Of a stretch of DNA of 33,550 nucleotides, positions 25,801 to 33,550 are shown one piece after another. Position numbers and translations under genes: made by a program. Where the stretch lies: contig JBDOIF010000159.1 in NCBI GenBank assembly GCA_041082215.1, forward strand, positions 1 through 33,550. The letters are read 5' to 3'. Numbering within the stretch: the stretch's first letter is position 1; every line of letters starts with the position of its first letter. The notes below the pieces were generated by a model that ran no database searches, had not been told where the DNA came from, and was given only the letters and a program-made list of their open reading frames with translations. Source of the DNA: Anaerolineae bacterium. Its GTDB lineage: Bacteria > Chloroflexota > Anaerolineae > B4-G1 > DUEL01.

Positions 25801-27015
25801 TTAATCTATCGGGATTCGCTCCACGATCAGGCACCCGCCCTGGCCGCCGCCAACGCACATGGTGTCAATGCCGTAGCGGGCCTTGCGGCGCTGCAGTTCG
25901 TTGGTGAGGGTGGCGACCAGCTTGGCGGCCGTGCAGCCCACGGGATGGCCCAGGGCAATGGCGCCGCCGTTGGGGTTGACCTTGTTCCAGTCCCACTCGT
26001 AGCCCTGGGCCTGCATCTCTTTGGCAACGGCCAGCACCTGCGCGGCGAACGCCTCGTTCAGTTCAATGACATCAATGTCCTCCAGCTTGAGGCCGGCTCG
26101 CTTCAGGGCTTTGGGCATCGCGAAGGCGGGCCCGATGCCCATATAGGCGGGGTCTACAGCGGCGTAGGCGTAGGAGACGATGCGGGCGGTGGGCTTGAGG
26201 CCCAGCTGGGCCGCCTTCTCGGCCGTGCAGACAATCATCGCCGCCGCGCCGTCGGAGATGGGGCAGGCGTTGGCCGGAGTGACCGTGCCGTTCTCCTTGA
26301 AGACCGTCGGATAGAGGGCCGCTTTCTGGACGGTGAGGCCGGGGTTGATGGTCTCGTCCTGGGTGATGACCTCCTTTGCCACTTCCTGGCCGGCGACCTT
26401 TTTGATGACCTCCACGGGGACGATCTCGTCATTGAATTTGCCCATCCGCTGGGCCATGAAGGCCTTCTTGTGGGATTGGACCGCGTACTCGTCCTGCTCC
26501 TGGCGGGAGATGTTGTATTTCTCGGCCAGGTTCTCGGCGGTGCGGCCCATAATCTGCCCGCAGATGGGGTCGGTCAGCCCCTCCCACAGGGCATCCGTCA
26601 GCTCGGCATGGCGGAGCTTGTACCCCCAGCGGGCACCCTTGAGGATGTAGGGGATGTTGCTCATGCTCTCGGTCCCGCCGACCAGGTAGATCTCGCCGTC
26701 GCCGGCCTGGATGGCCTGGTAGGCGGAGGTGATGGCCTGCATGCCGGAAGCGCAGTTGCGCTGGACAGTGTAGCCAGGGACGTGAATCGGCACGCCCGCC
26801 ATCAACGCCGCAACACGGCCGATATTGGCCGCGTCCGAGGGCTGGCCGATGTTGGCCAGGATGACCTCGTCCAGGATGCCCGGGTCTATCCCGGTCCGCT
26901 CCAGCACGGCCTTAAAGACGAGACAGGCCAGGTCCTGCGCCCGCAGGCTGCGCAGCGCCCCACCGTGGGCCCCCACCGGCGTGCGTACTGGACTGACAAT
27001 CACGACTTCTTTCAC
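25801..27015 (-). CDS. Acetyl-CoA C-acyltransferase (thiolase)
   Basis: GTG 27015 after RBS GAGGAGG. VRTPVG, NCASG, GG.ESMS, NEAFA, NGGAIALGHPVG, CVGGGQG. Confidence 0.95.
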   Translation of the reverse strand: MKEVVIVSPVRTPVGAHGGALRSLRAQDLACLVFKAVLERTGIDPGILDEVILANIGQPSDAANIGRVAALMAGVPIHVPGYTVQRNCASGMQAITSAYQAIQAGDGEIYLVGGTESMSNIPYILKGARWGYKLRHAELTDALWEGLTDPICGQIMGRTAENLAEKYNISRQEQDEYAVQSHKKAFMAQRMGKFNDEIVPVEVIKKVAGQEVAKEVITQDETINPGLTVQKAALYPTVFKENGTVTPANACPISDGAAAMIVCTAEKAAQLGLKPTARIVSYAYAAVDPAYMGIGPAFAMPKALKRAGLKLEDIDVIELNEAFAAQVLAVAKEMQAQGYEWDWNKVNPNGGAIALGHPVGCTAAKLVATLTNELQRRKARYGIDTMCVGGGQGGCLIVERIPID

Positions 27016-27066
27016 CTTGACACCTCCTCTTTTGTTGGATAAAGGCCCGCCGGGAAGCCCCATAGC

Positions 27067-27699
27067 TTACCGCCGCAGGCCCTGAATGACCGTGTCCATC
27101 GCCGTGCGGTACAGCACCTCCAGGCTCACCCCGACCATATCCTGCCGCAGGGGGTGGGACATCAGGTCCAGCACCCCGTTCAGCGTGGCCCAGAAGATCG
27201 CCGCCGCCTGCCGGACGTCACAGCAGGTAAAGAGCCCTTCGTCTATCCCCTGCTGGACCGCCTGTACGACCCAGCCCAACCCCTCCAGACTGGCTCCCAG
27301 GACCTCCTGGTAGATCTCCGGGCTGACGGCCTCCCGAAACCGTCCCCGGTCCACCGCCATCAGGAAGCGAAAGTAGAATGGCTCCCGCTGGAAGAATTGG
27401 AGATAGGCCCACCCCAACCTCCGCAGCCGCTCATCGGCGGAAAGGGACCGATCCGGGGCAAACGCTTCTTCCAGATAGTCGCATAGCGCTTCCAGCCCCT
27501 CTAAAAGCAAAGAAGCAAGGAGGGTCTCCTTGCTTTCAAAGTACAGATATACAGTTCCTTTGCTGACCTCGGCCCGCTCGGCGATGCCATCCATCGTGAT
27601 CTGGTAGAACCCTTCCTCCTGGAGGGCCTCCCGAGCAGCCCGAAGGATGGATTGACGGCGCTCTTCTTTCTCCCGTGCTCGCCGCGCCCGGGTTGCCAA
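27067..27699 (-). CDS. TetR/AcrR family transcriptional regulator
   Basis: ILRAARE....GF...TMDGIA.RA.VSKGTVYLYF.SKE.L HTH. TTG 27699 (upstream GGGAAAGGGG) is preferred because the ORF-track start lies upstream of the promoter -10; ATG 27732 is possible. Confidence 0.88.
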   Translation of the reverse strand: MATRARRAREKEERRQSILRAAREALQEEGFYQITMDGIAERAEVSKGTVYLYFESKETLLASLLLEGLEALCDYLEEAFAPDRSLSADERLRRLGWAYLQFFQREPFYFRFLMAVDRGRFREAVSPEIYQEVLGASLEGLGWVVQAVQQGIDEGLFTCCDVRQAAAIFWATLNGVLDLMSHPLRQDMVGVSLEVLYRTAMDTVIQGLRR

Positions 27700-27717
27700 C
27701 GCCGCGCCCCCTTTCCC

Positions 27718-27749
27718 TGAACCGGCGGTCATATACTGACCAATAGTCA
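27718..27749. promoter_or_regulatory. Candidate TetR operator(s)
   Basis: TGAC-CAATA-GTCA (27737-27749) and imperfect TGAACCGGCGGTCA (27718-27731) overlap or follow the predicted transcription start. Confidence 0.55.
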
Positions 27750-27778
27750 TTATACCACACAAAGGGGCAGGGCGTCAA
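27749..27778 (-). promoter_or_regulatory. Sigma70 promoter of the tetR/beta-oxidation operon
   Basis: Minus strand TTGACG, 18-nt spacer, TATAAT with extended -10 TGG. Confidence 0.7.
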
Positions 27779-27801
27779 TAGGGCGGGTGATTTTTTAAGG
27801 T

Positions 27802-27829
27802 TTGACCTCTTTCCAGATGATGCTAAAAT
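27802..27829 (+). promoter_or_regulatory. Sigma70 promoter giving a leaderless PHP-DUF1385 transcript
   Basis: TTGACC, 16-nt spacer, TAAAAT with extended TGC. ATG 27837 is 7 nt downstream. Confidence 0.6.
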
Positions 27830-27836
27830 GTTATAC

Positions 27837-28667
27837 ATGCGAACCGATCTTCACATCCACACCATCGCCTCCGACGGCTGCTGGACACCCGAAGAGACCA
27901 TCGCCCACGTGCAGGACGCTGGCATCCGCCTCTTCGCCGTGGCAGACCATGACACTGTGGCCAATGTGTCCCCCATCGCCCGGCTGGCTCGCCAGGCCGG
28001 GCTGCTCTTTCTGCCCGCCGCCGAGGTCTCCACCGTTCTCGACGGCTCAGGGTTCCACATCCTTGCCTACGGAGTGGACCCGGACAACCCGGCGCTGAGG
28101 CAGATGCTGGACGCTAACCGGCAGCGGCTGGAGTGGATCAACGAGGAGACACTGCGCCGGCTGGTAAAGGCGGGCTATCCCATTGATATGGCAGCCTACG
28201 CCTCCTACCAGCACGATCCCTCCCGGGGGGGCTGGAGAGCGCTCAATTTCCTTATAGACACCGGCCTCTGCAAGGATGTTCACGACTTTATGGACCGGCT
28301 TTTCGTTCCCCCCATCCGCCCCCCATGGCCGGATTTCCCCCACCCCGCCGAGGCCGCGGCGGTGATCCGGAAGGCTGGCGGGTTGCCGGTGCTGGCCCAT
28401 CCCGGCCTCTCCCTCCAGGCTCAGGGCGTCACCGAGAGGACCCTGACCCCCTTCCTGGACTTCGGCATCGCCGGGCTGGAGTGCTACGCCTGTTACCACG
28501 ACCCGGCCACCACGAAAACCTGCCTGGATTTCTGCTCCCGCCACGACCTGCTTGTAACCGGCGGCTCCGACTGTCACGGCCCGTTCGCCGGGCGGTCTCT
28601 GGGATCCCCCCGGGTGGAACTGGCGGACCTGCGGCTGGGGCCGCTGATGGAGCGGATTATCGGTTGA
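27837..28667 (+). CDS. PHP-domain metal-dependent phosphoesterase (TrpH/YciV-like)
   Basis: DLHIHT.ASDG, ADHDT, EVS, HILAYG, AGGL.VLAHP, GLE.Y...H, TGGSD.HG. Confidence 0.9.
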   Translation: MRTDLHIHTIASDGCWTPEETIAHVQDAGIRLFAVADHDTVANVSPIARLARQAGLLFLPAAEVSTVLDGSGFHILAYGVDPDNPALRQMLDANRQRLEWINEETLRRLVKAGYPIDMAAYASYQHDPSRGGWRALNFLIDTGLCKDVHDFMDRLFVPPIRPPWPDFPHPAEAAAVIRKAGGLPVLAHPGLSLQAQGVTERTLTPFLDFGIAGLECYACYHDPATTKTCLDFCSRHDLLVTGGSDCHGPFAGRSLGSPRVELADLRLGPLMERIIG

Positions 28668-28674
28668 GACGTCT

Positions 28675-29553
28675 ATGAGAGAGCGATTCAACTACGGCGG
28701 GCAGGCGGTGATCGAGGGGGTGATGATGCGCGGCTCCCGCTGGCTGGCGGTGGCGGTGCGGAACCCGGAAGGGAAGATCGTGGTCCGCACCGAACCCCTC
28801 AACGCCGCCCTCTACAACGGCCCGCTGGCGCGGCTCCCTCTGCTGCGGGGGCTGGTCCTGCTCTGGGACGCGCTGGGGCTGGGGATGAAGGCCCTGATGT
28901 GGTCGGCCGACGTGGCACTCGGCGAGGAGGAGGCCGGAGGGGTCTTCCGGGGCGGGATGGGCTGGCTCACAGGAGCGCTGGGACTGGCCCTGGGCGTGGG
29001 CCTCTTTATGGTCCTGCCGAGCCTCATCGTCGGCCTTCTCCCTCTGGAGCTCTCGCCGCTGGCCGGCAACCTGCTGGAGGGCGTGATCCGGCTGGGGCTG
29101 GTGGTGGGCTACATCTGGGCTGTGGGGAAGATGCCGGACGTGGCCCGTGTCTTTGCTTACCACGGGGCGGAGCACAGGACGATCAACGCCTACGAGGCCG
29201 GCGTCCCCCTCACCGTCGAAGCGGTCCAGGCCCATTCCACCGCTCACGCCCGCTGCGGCACCTCTTTCCTGCTGACCGTTGTGGTGGTCTCCGTGCTGGT
29301 ACTGGCCCCCCTGGGGGAACTCCCCCTCCTCTGGCGGATAGTCAGCCGGGTGCTGGCGATCCCCCTCATCGCCGGCCTGGCCTACGAATGGATTCGCCTT
29401 TCCGCCCGGTTCGCCCACCGACGGTGGATGCGGTGGTTGATCGCCCCCAATCTGGCCCTCCAGCAGCTTACCACCCGGGAGCCGGAGGACGGGATGGTGG
29501 AGGTGGCGATCCGGGCGCTGGAGGAAGTGCTGGAAGGGGAAGGAGCGACGTGA
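28675..29553 (+). CDS. DUF1385 family membrane protein
   Basis: YGGQAVIEGVMMRG, P.LRG...L, EG.IR, VF.YHGAEH.TI.AYE, H.RCGTSF, LQ.LTTREP...M.EVAI.A. Confidence 0.9.
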   Translation: MRERFNYGGQAVIEGVMMRGSRWLAVAVRNPEGKIVVRTEPLNAALYNGPLARLPLLRGLVLLWDALGLGMKALMWSADVALGEEEAGGVFRGGMGWLTGALGLALGVGLFMVLPSLIVGLLPLELSPLAGNLLEGVIRLGLVVGYIWAVGKMPDVARVFAYHGAEHRTINAYEAGVPLTVEAVQAHSTAHARCGTSFLLTVVVVSVLVLAPLGELPLLWRIVSRVLAIPLIAGLAYEWIRLSARFAHRRWMRWLIAPNLALQQLTTREPEDGMVEVAIRALEEVLEGEGAT

Positions 29554-29581
29554 AACGTCAGGCGTCAAACGTCAGGCTTCA
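29547..29581. repeat. 7-nt tandem array GACGTGA AACGTCA GGCGTCA AACGTCA GGCTTCA
   Basis: Read directly. Contains the stop codons of both convergent genes. Confidence 0.7.
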
Positions 29582-30308
29582 AAGGCGCGCCTGATTGGGA
29601 AAGGGGCTTGCGCGCTTCTCCCACCAGGTGAACCCGGAGGGAGGGGGGGATCAGTCGCTCCAGCCCGCAGGCCAGCCAGTAGAAAAGCTCAGAGAAGGCC
29701 AGGTAGGTGGGGTCGCCCACCGGGATCAGCGCCTCCACCTCCAGGCCGGCGGCCTTCAGGAGTCTGCGGATGTGGCCAGGTGAGTTGGCCCGGTAGAGGG
29801 CCGGGAAGGTATCCGGTTCGGCCCGTCCGTAGAGCCGGCCGATCAGCCTCCCCTGCGTCCATCCCAACAACCGGTTGAGCGCAGGCAACGGATGGCGACG
29901 GTTCGGCGTCACAAATATGAAGTGGCCGCCGGGGATCAGCACCCGGGCCACCTCCATCAAGGCCCGTTCCGGTTCCGGCAGGTGCTCCAGCACCCAGGAG
30001 CAACAGACCAGATCGAAGCTCCCGTCGGGGAAGGGGAGTGCCCCTGCCTGACCGCAAAGACGGGGGAGGTGGGGCAACCGATGCTCCCGCAGAGAGGCCA
30101 TGTCGGGGTCCAGCCCCGCAAACCACCCCTTGTGGCAGTAGAGCTCTTCCACCACCCCCCCGCGGCCGCAGCCCAGGTCGAGCACGCGGGCAGCAGGCGT
30201 GAGGTGGGCCGCCACCCGATCCCGATAGATATGGGTCGCCGGTCGCCAGCCGGGGACGCGGGCCGCGTATCGGCGTCGGTACGCCTCCTGCTTTTCCAGG
30301 GAAAGCAT
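29565..30308 (-). CDS. Class I SAM-dependent methyltransferase
   Basis: Start MLSLEK (ATG 30308, 5 nt after the upstream stop). VLDLGCGRG, GLD, LPFPDGSFDLV...WVLEHL..P...L.E..RVL.PGG.....TPN. Confidence 0.88.
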   Translation of the reverse strand: MLSLEKQEAYRRRYAARVPGWRPATHIYRDRVAAHLTPAARVLDLGCGRGGVVEELYCHKGWFAGLDPDMASLREHRLPHLPRLCGQAGALPFPDGSFDLVCCSWVLEHLPEPERALMEVARVLIPGGHFIFVTPNRRHPLPALNRLLGWTQGRLIGRLYGRAEPDTFPALYRANSPGHIRRLLKAAGLEVEALIPVGDPTYLAFSELFYWLACGLERLIPPSLRVHLVGEARKPLSQSGAPLKPDV

Positions 30309-30313
30309 CTCCC

Positions 30314-31177
30314 CTATCCAAGCGCCTCCGTCAACGACCGGATATCGTAGAAGGGGCCATCGGAGGCCAGAATCCAGCGGATGTCCAGCCGCATCAGCGG
30401 GACACGCTGTTCTTCCCCCTCTCCACCAACCAGAATGTACCCCTGTTCTCGCTCGCGGAAGGTATAGTGCTTTTTTACCTCTTCCAGAAAACGGGACTGT
30501 ACAGCCTCCACCAGCCTTTCCACCCGGTCCTCCCCGGTGACGACCAGGAACCGGCCTCCCCCGCTGTAGCCGATGAAATCCTCCGGCCTTCCCAGGCGAG
30601 AGACCTCCTCCCCCAGCAGCCGGGTCATGGACCGGAGCACCTCCTGACCGGCGAGGAAGCCGTGAACCTCCTCGAAGGACTTGAGATGACGGATCGTCAG
30701 GCTCAGGAGCGCCCACTGTTCTTCCTGCAGCAACTCCCGCAGCCGGACCTGGATCATCTGTCGGCCAGGGAGGCCGGTCACCGGGTCGGTGAGGTTATCG
30801 GCGGCAGCCCGTCTCAGGGCGTTGCGAACCCGCAGCGTCAATTCATCCACATCGAACGGGACGGTCACGAAATCGTCCGCGCCGGTCTGCAACCCCCGGA
30901 TCCGCGCCTCCCGCTCCCTGCTCTGATCCAGCAGGATGATGTGGACATGCCGGATACGGGTGGTGGCCCGGATCCTCTGACACATCTGAAAGCCATCGCC
31001 ATCGGGCAGGGCGGTATCAATCAGCACGACCTGAGGGAAAAACCGCTCGCACAGGGCCAGCCCCTCCTCAGCCGATGCGGCGGTCTCCACCTGAAAGTCC
31101 GCAGCCTGAAAGGCCTGCACCAGCATCCGGCCAAGCTGCTGGTCCGGCTCGATAATGGCAACCTTTCCCTCGCCCAT
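30314..31177 (-). CDS. Response regulator with receiver plus degenerate GGDEF domain (PleD-like, probably inactive)
   Basis: REC: IIEPD, LIDTALPDGDG, GADDFVTVPF (Lys missing). GGDEF-like: DPVTGLPG, HG..AG.E.L, FIGYSGGGRF. Alternative start ATG 31222 overlaps the upstream stop (ATGA). Confidence 0.8.
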   Translation of the reverse strand: MGEGKVAIIEPDQQLGRMLVQAFQAADFQVETAASAEEGLALCERFFPQVVLIDTALPDGDGFQMCQRIRATTRIRHVHIILLDQSREREARIRGLQTGADDFVTVPFDVDELTLRVRNALRRAAADNLTDPVTGLPGRQMIQVRLRELLQEEQWALLSLTIRHLKSFEEVHGFLAGQEVLRSMTRLLGEEVSRLGRPEDFIGYSGGGRFLVVTGEDRVERLVEAVQSRFLEEVKKHYTFREREQGYILVGGEGEEQRVPLMRLDIRWILASDGPFYDIRSLTEALG

Positions 31178-31218
31178 CCTCTTTTCCTCTTTCCCTGATC
31201 GCCGGCCGCCCCTTTCTG

Positions 31219-33519
31219 TCATATTCTGATCAGCGGTAGCTGGGACCGGTCTCCGCTACCCTCCGTGGTAGCTCGCGGACGCGGGCTGGCGGCGACGCGG
31301 AAGCCGATGCGGTTGGAACGGTAGGAGCGATGGGCCCGCTCGCGGGAGAAGGTGCGGGCGTCGGCGGCGTAAAAATTCCACGAACCTCCACGCAGGATCA
31401 TCTCATCCTCGTCATGAGGCGTGGCCGTCCACTCCCACACGTTCCCGGCGCAATCCAACAGCCCGTAGGGGCTGACTCCATCCAGATAGACCCCCACCGG
31501 AGTCGTGCCGCCCACCCCGCTCTCCCGCACATTGGCCCTGCCGGGGTCGAACCCCTCCCCCCAGGGGTAGGTCCGCCCATCCTCCCCACGGGCCGCCTTC
31601 TCCCACTCCTCCTCGGTGGGCAGCCGGACACCCGCCCAGGAGCAGTAGGCCATCGCGTCCTCCCAGCTCACCAGGACCACAGGATGGTTGGCCTTCCCTT
31701 CGGGATAAGTCCGTCTCTGGGGGTCCCAGTTGTAGGGCTGAGCCCATTCCTCGTCCACGTAGGGGACCGGATAGTGGGGGTTGGCGGCCAGAAAGCGGGC
31801 GTACTGGGCATTGGTGACGGGGTAGCGGGCGATCCGGAAGGACATCACCATCGCCGATGTCCTCTCTTCCCCGCGCAGAAAGGCGCCTCCGGGCACCTCC
31901 ACCATTTCATCGAAATCGCGGGGGTCGCCGAGATACCCCAGGGCGGATGCGGCGGACAGCCGCTCGACAAGGGTGGCCTCGGAACCGGGGGTCAACACCT
32001 GGACCAGGGCATCTATATACCACTGGGCAGTCCCTTCCTCCCGGATCGCCTCTACGGCTGCCCGCAGGCGGGTCGGGTCGTTGCTGAGAAGGTCGGCCCA
32101 CCGCCTGGTGGCCACATCCATCACCGGCTCTCCTCCCTCCGCGCCCGTCGTGCGGGTCAGGTAGATGTAGGCGCTGATCTGCTCACGGGACAGATCGGCG
32201 AAAGCTGGCCCTACCCGCAGCATCCGCAGGAGCGGCTTATGGCGAAGGTACTGTTCCAGAAGCGTCTCCGCTTCAGGGGCCACTTCGGAGAGGGGTAGGA
32301 CCGGTCGTCGCACCTCCGTCCCCTCCCGCGCCGCGAGCTCCAGGTCCTGGATCAGGTTGGGATACTCCTGCAGGTCCTTGTAGAGGTCGTGATAGCGGGT
32401 CTGGATCACGACCATTTTGGTCAGGAGGGCAGGCACGATCGGCTCCATCACCCCAGCTTCCGCCCGCCGGCTGGCCAGGTTGGAGAGGAGATGGAAGATG
32501 TTCAGGGCCCGCTTCACCATGCGGGGGTTCGGTTCCAGCCCCAGGGCGAATAGCTCCCGACAGGTCGGCTCCAGCCAGGGAGCATAGGCAGAAATGAAAG
32601 AGGCGATCTGGTCTTCTTCCAGAGGGGGGAGATGGAAGGGAAGCTGGATCAGCTTCTCCAGGTAGCTCCGTCCACGGAGGGAGCGTTCCTCGCCGCCGAG
32701 GCCCGGAGCGCCGTACTGCTCCTGAACCACCCGCTCGATGGCGTCCCGGTCGGCAGCGATGACAAAGGCACAGCCCACCACGTCCAGGTAGAGCTTGATG
32801 GTCTCCAGGACCTCCACGGCCCGGGAAGGCATACACCGGTCCAGATCGTCCACGAAGATAACCAGGAGGCCGTTGCGGGACCAGATATATTCACGGACCA
32901 GGTGGGCAAAGCCGGCGTGGAACTCCTCCAGGAGGGTCAGGCGGCGGCGATGGACCTCGACACGCTCTCGCTGGAAGGCGTGGGCCAGCTCCTCCAGCGC
33001 CCCCAGGTCCCCTCGCACCAACTGGGCCAGTTCTGTCAGAGTGGAGGGGCCGGGGATGAAGGCCAGCCCCAGCTTGAGGGCTGCCCTTCCTGCGGCCTGC
33101 CAGTCCACCTGAAGCGAGCCGACCTCGGTACGGTCCACGTCGGCGTAGAGACGCATCCGCCAGTCCTCGACCCGACGCTGGTCCTCCTCGGACAGCTCTT
33201 TGCCAGCGATGCCGTCCAGCACATGGAGAAGCAGGGCACGCCAGAGAGCCGCCTCGTCTTTCTCATACTGCCAGGCGTTGAACCAGACGGTGCGGGCCCG
33301 CCGATGGGCAGTGGTACGGCGGCCTCCCAGCCTCTGGGCCACAAGGCGCATCAGGCTGGTCTTCCCGCTTCCCCATGGGCCAAACACACCGATGGTGATC
33401 GGCGTGTCGGCGGTGAGGATGACCTCGGCCAGAACGTCGGCGTAGTCGGCGAAGTTCAGCCGGTCCTCCTCCTCGCCGCGAATCGGCTGATCGGTCCAGA
33501 GATGGCGTGCGGCCTCCAC
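31219..33519 (-). CDS. KAP-family P-loop NTPase fused to a HEAT-like segment and a C-terminal FGE-sulfatase (SUMF1/C-type-lectin fold) domain
   Basis: D.P.....D.L.F..YA, Walker A GPWGSGKTS, FNAWQY, Walker B IFVDDLDRC, YLEKLIQLPF.LP, NPR.VKR.LN; RLSAASALGYLGDPR; YPVTNAQY, HPVV.VSW.DA..YC.W...RLPTE.EWEKAARG, GNVWEW, RGGSW, GFR. Confidence 0.88.
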   Translation of the reverse strand: MEAARHLWTDQPIRGEEEDRLNFADYADVLAEVILTADTPITIGVFGPWGSGKTSLMRLVAQRLGGRRTTAHRRARTVWFNAWQYEKDEAALWRALLLHVLDGIAGKELSEEDQRRVEDWRMRLYADVDRTEVGSLQVDWQAAGRAALKLGLAFIPGPSTLTELAQLVRGDLGALEELAHAFQRERVEVHRRRLTLLEEFHAGFAHLVREYIWSRNGLLVIFVDDLDRCMPSRAVEVLETIKLYLDVVGCAFVIAADRDAIERVVQEQYGAPGLGGEERSLRGRSYLEKLIQLPFHLPPLEEDQIASFISAYAPWLEPTCRELFALGLEPNPRMVKRALNIFHLLSNLASRRAEAGVMEPIVPALLTKMVVIQTRYHDLYKDLQEYPNLIQDLELAAREGTEVRRPVLPLSEVAPEAETLLEQYLRHKPLLRMLRVGPAFADLSREQISAYIYLTRTTGAEGGEPVMDVATRRWADLLSNDPTRLRAAVEAIREEGTAQWYIDALVQVLTPGSEATLVERLSAASALGYLGDPRDFDEMVEVPGGAFLRGEERTSAMVMSFRIARYPVTNAQYARFLAANPHYPVPYVDEEWAQPYNWDPQRRTYPEGKANHPVVLVSWEDAMAYCSWAGVRLPTEEEWEKAARGEDGRTYPWGEGFDPGRANVRESGVGGTTPVGVYLDGVSPYGLLDCAGNVWEWTATPHDEDEMILRGGSWNFYAADARTFSRERAHRSYRSNRIGFRVAASPRPRATTEGSGDRSQLPLIRI

Positions 33520-33550
33520 CCCTCATCCTCCAGCAGGACCCATACGTGCA

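Noticed and set aside
28675..29553. DUF1385 gene away from its common rpmE/prmC/prfA neighbourhood
   Set aside because: Simple rearrangement explains it and nothing in the sequence points to a new function.
31290..31400. Diversity-generating retroelement variable region at the FGE-domain C-terminus
   Set aside because: No template-repeat copy, reverse transcriptase or Avd gene was seen in the window. A trans-acting DGR elsewhere cannot be excluded.
15..33526. Many long antisense or alternate-frame ORFs (e.g. 15..1643, 1748..3832, 9035..10810, 14060..16111, 24481..27042)
   Set aside because: They shadow well-supported genes, have no recognisable motifs, and are expected from stop-codon scarcity in GC-rich DNA.
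33520..33550. 3' end of an upstream minus-strand gene (TGA at 33523-33525)
   Set aside because: Only about 30 nt are visible, so frame and identity cannot be determined.

Overview
GC-rich bacterial chromosomal window. Protein style and gene content suggest Chloroflexota/Anaerolineae (inference). It holds about 28 tightly packed genes: a secreted Pro/Thr-rich protein next to a membrane-anchored protein with an apparently inactive sortase-like domain; a DUF362 Fe-S protein; the mrdA-rsmG-lysophospholipase run; a stand-alone nuoB-nuoCD-nuoI module (no nuoA, nuoH, nuoJ-N or nuoEFG) followed by a PSP1/RicT-like protein, a PIG-L deacetylase, a tungsten-family aldehyde:ferredoxin oxidoreductase, an SDR epimerase, purB and a DUF5107-like lipoprotein; a TetR-led beta-oxidation/butyryl-CoA operon (thiolase, 3-hydroxyacyl-CoA dehydrogenase, crotonase, two acyl-CoA dehydrogenases of which one lacks the catalytic Glu, and a divergent EtfBA); PHP and DUF1385 genes; and a three-gene operon of KAP NTPase-FGE-domain protein, degenerate REC-GGDEF protein and methyltransferase. 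The most striking non-coding signal is at least five distinct families of short repeats at gene junctions (7-nt periodic fold-back arrays, 8-nt arrays, GTAG REP-like palindromes, ~25-bp inverted-repeat cassettes and CCTCACCCC-hairpin elements), several of which supply stop codons. Three genes look leaderless. No rRNA, tRNA, CRISPR array, transposase or integrase was recognised. All family assignments are by-eye motif recognition, not database searches.
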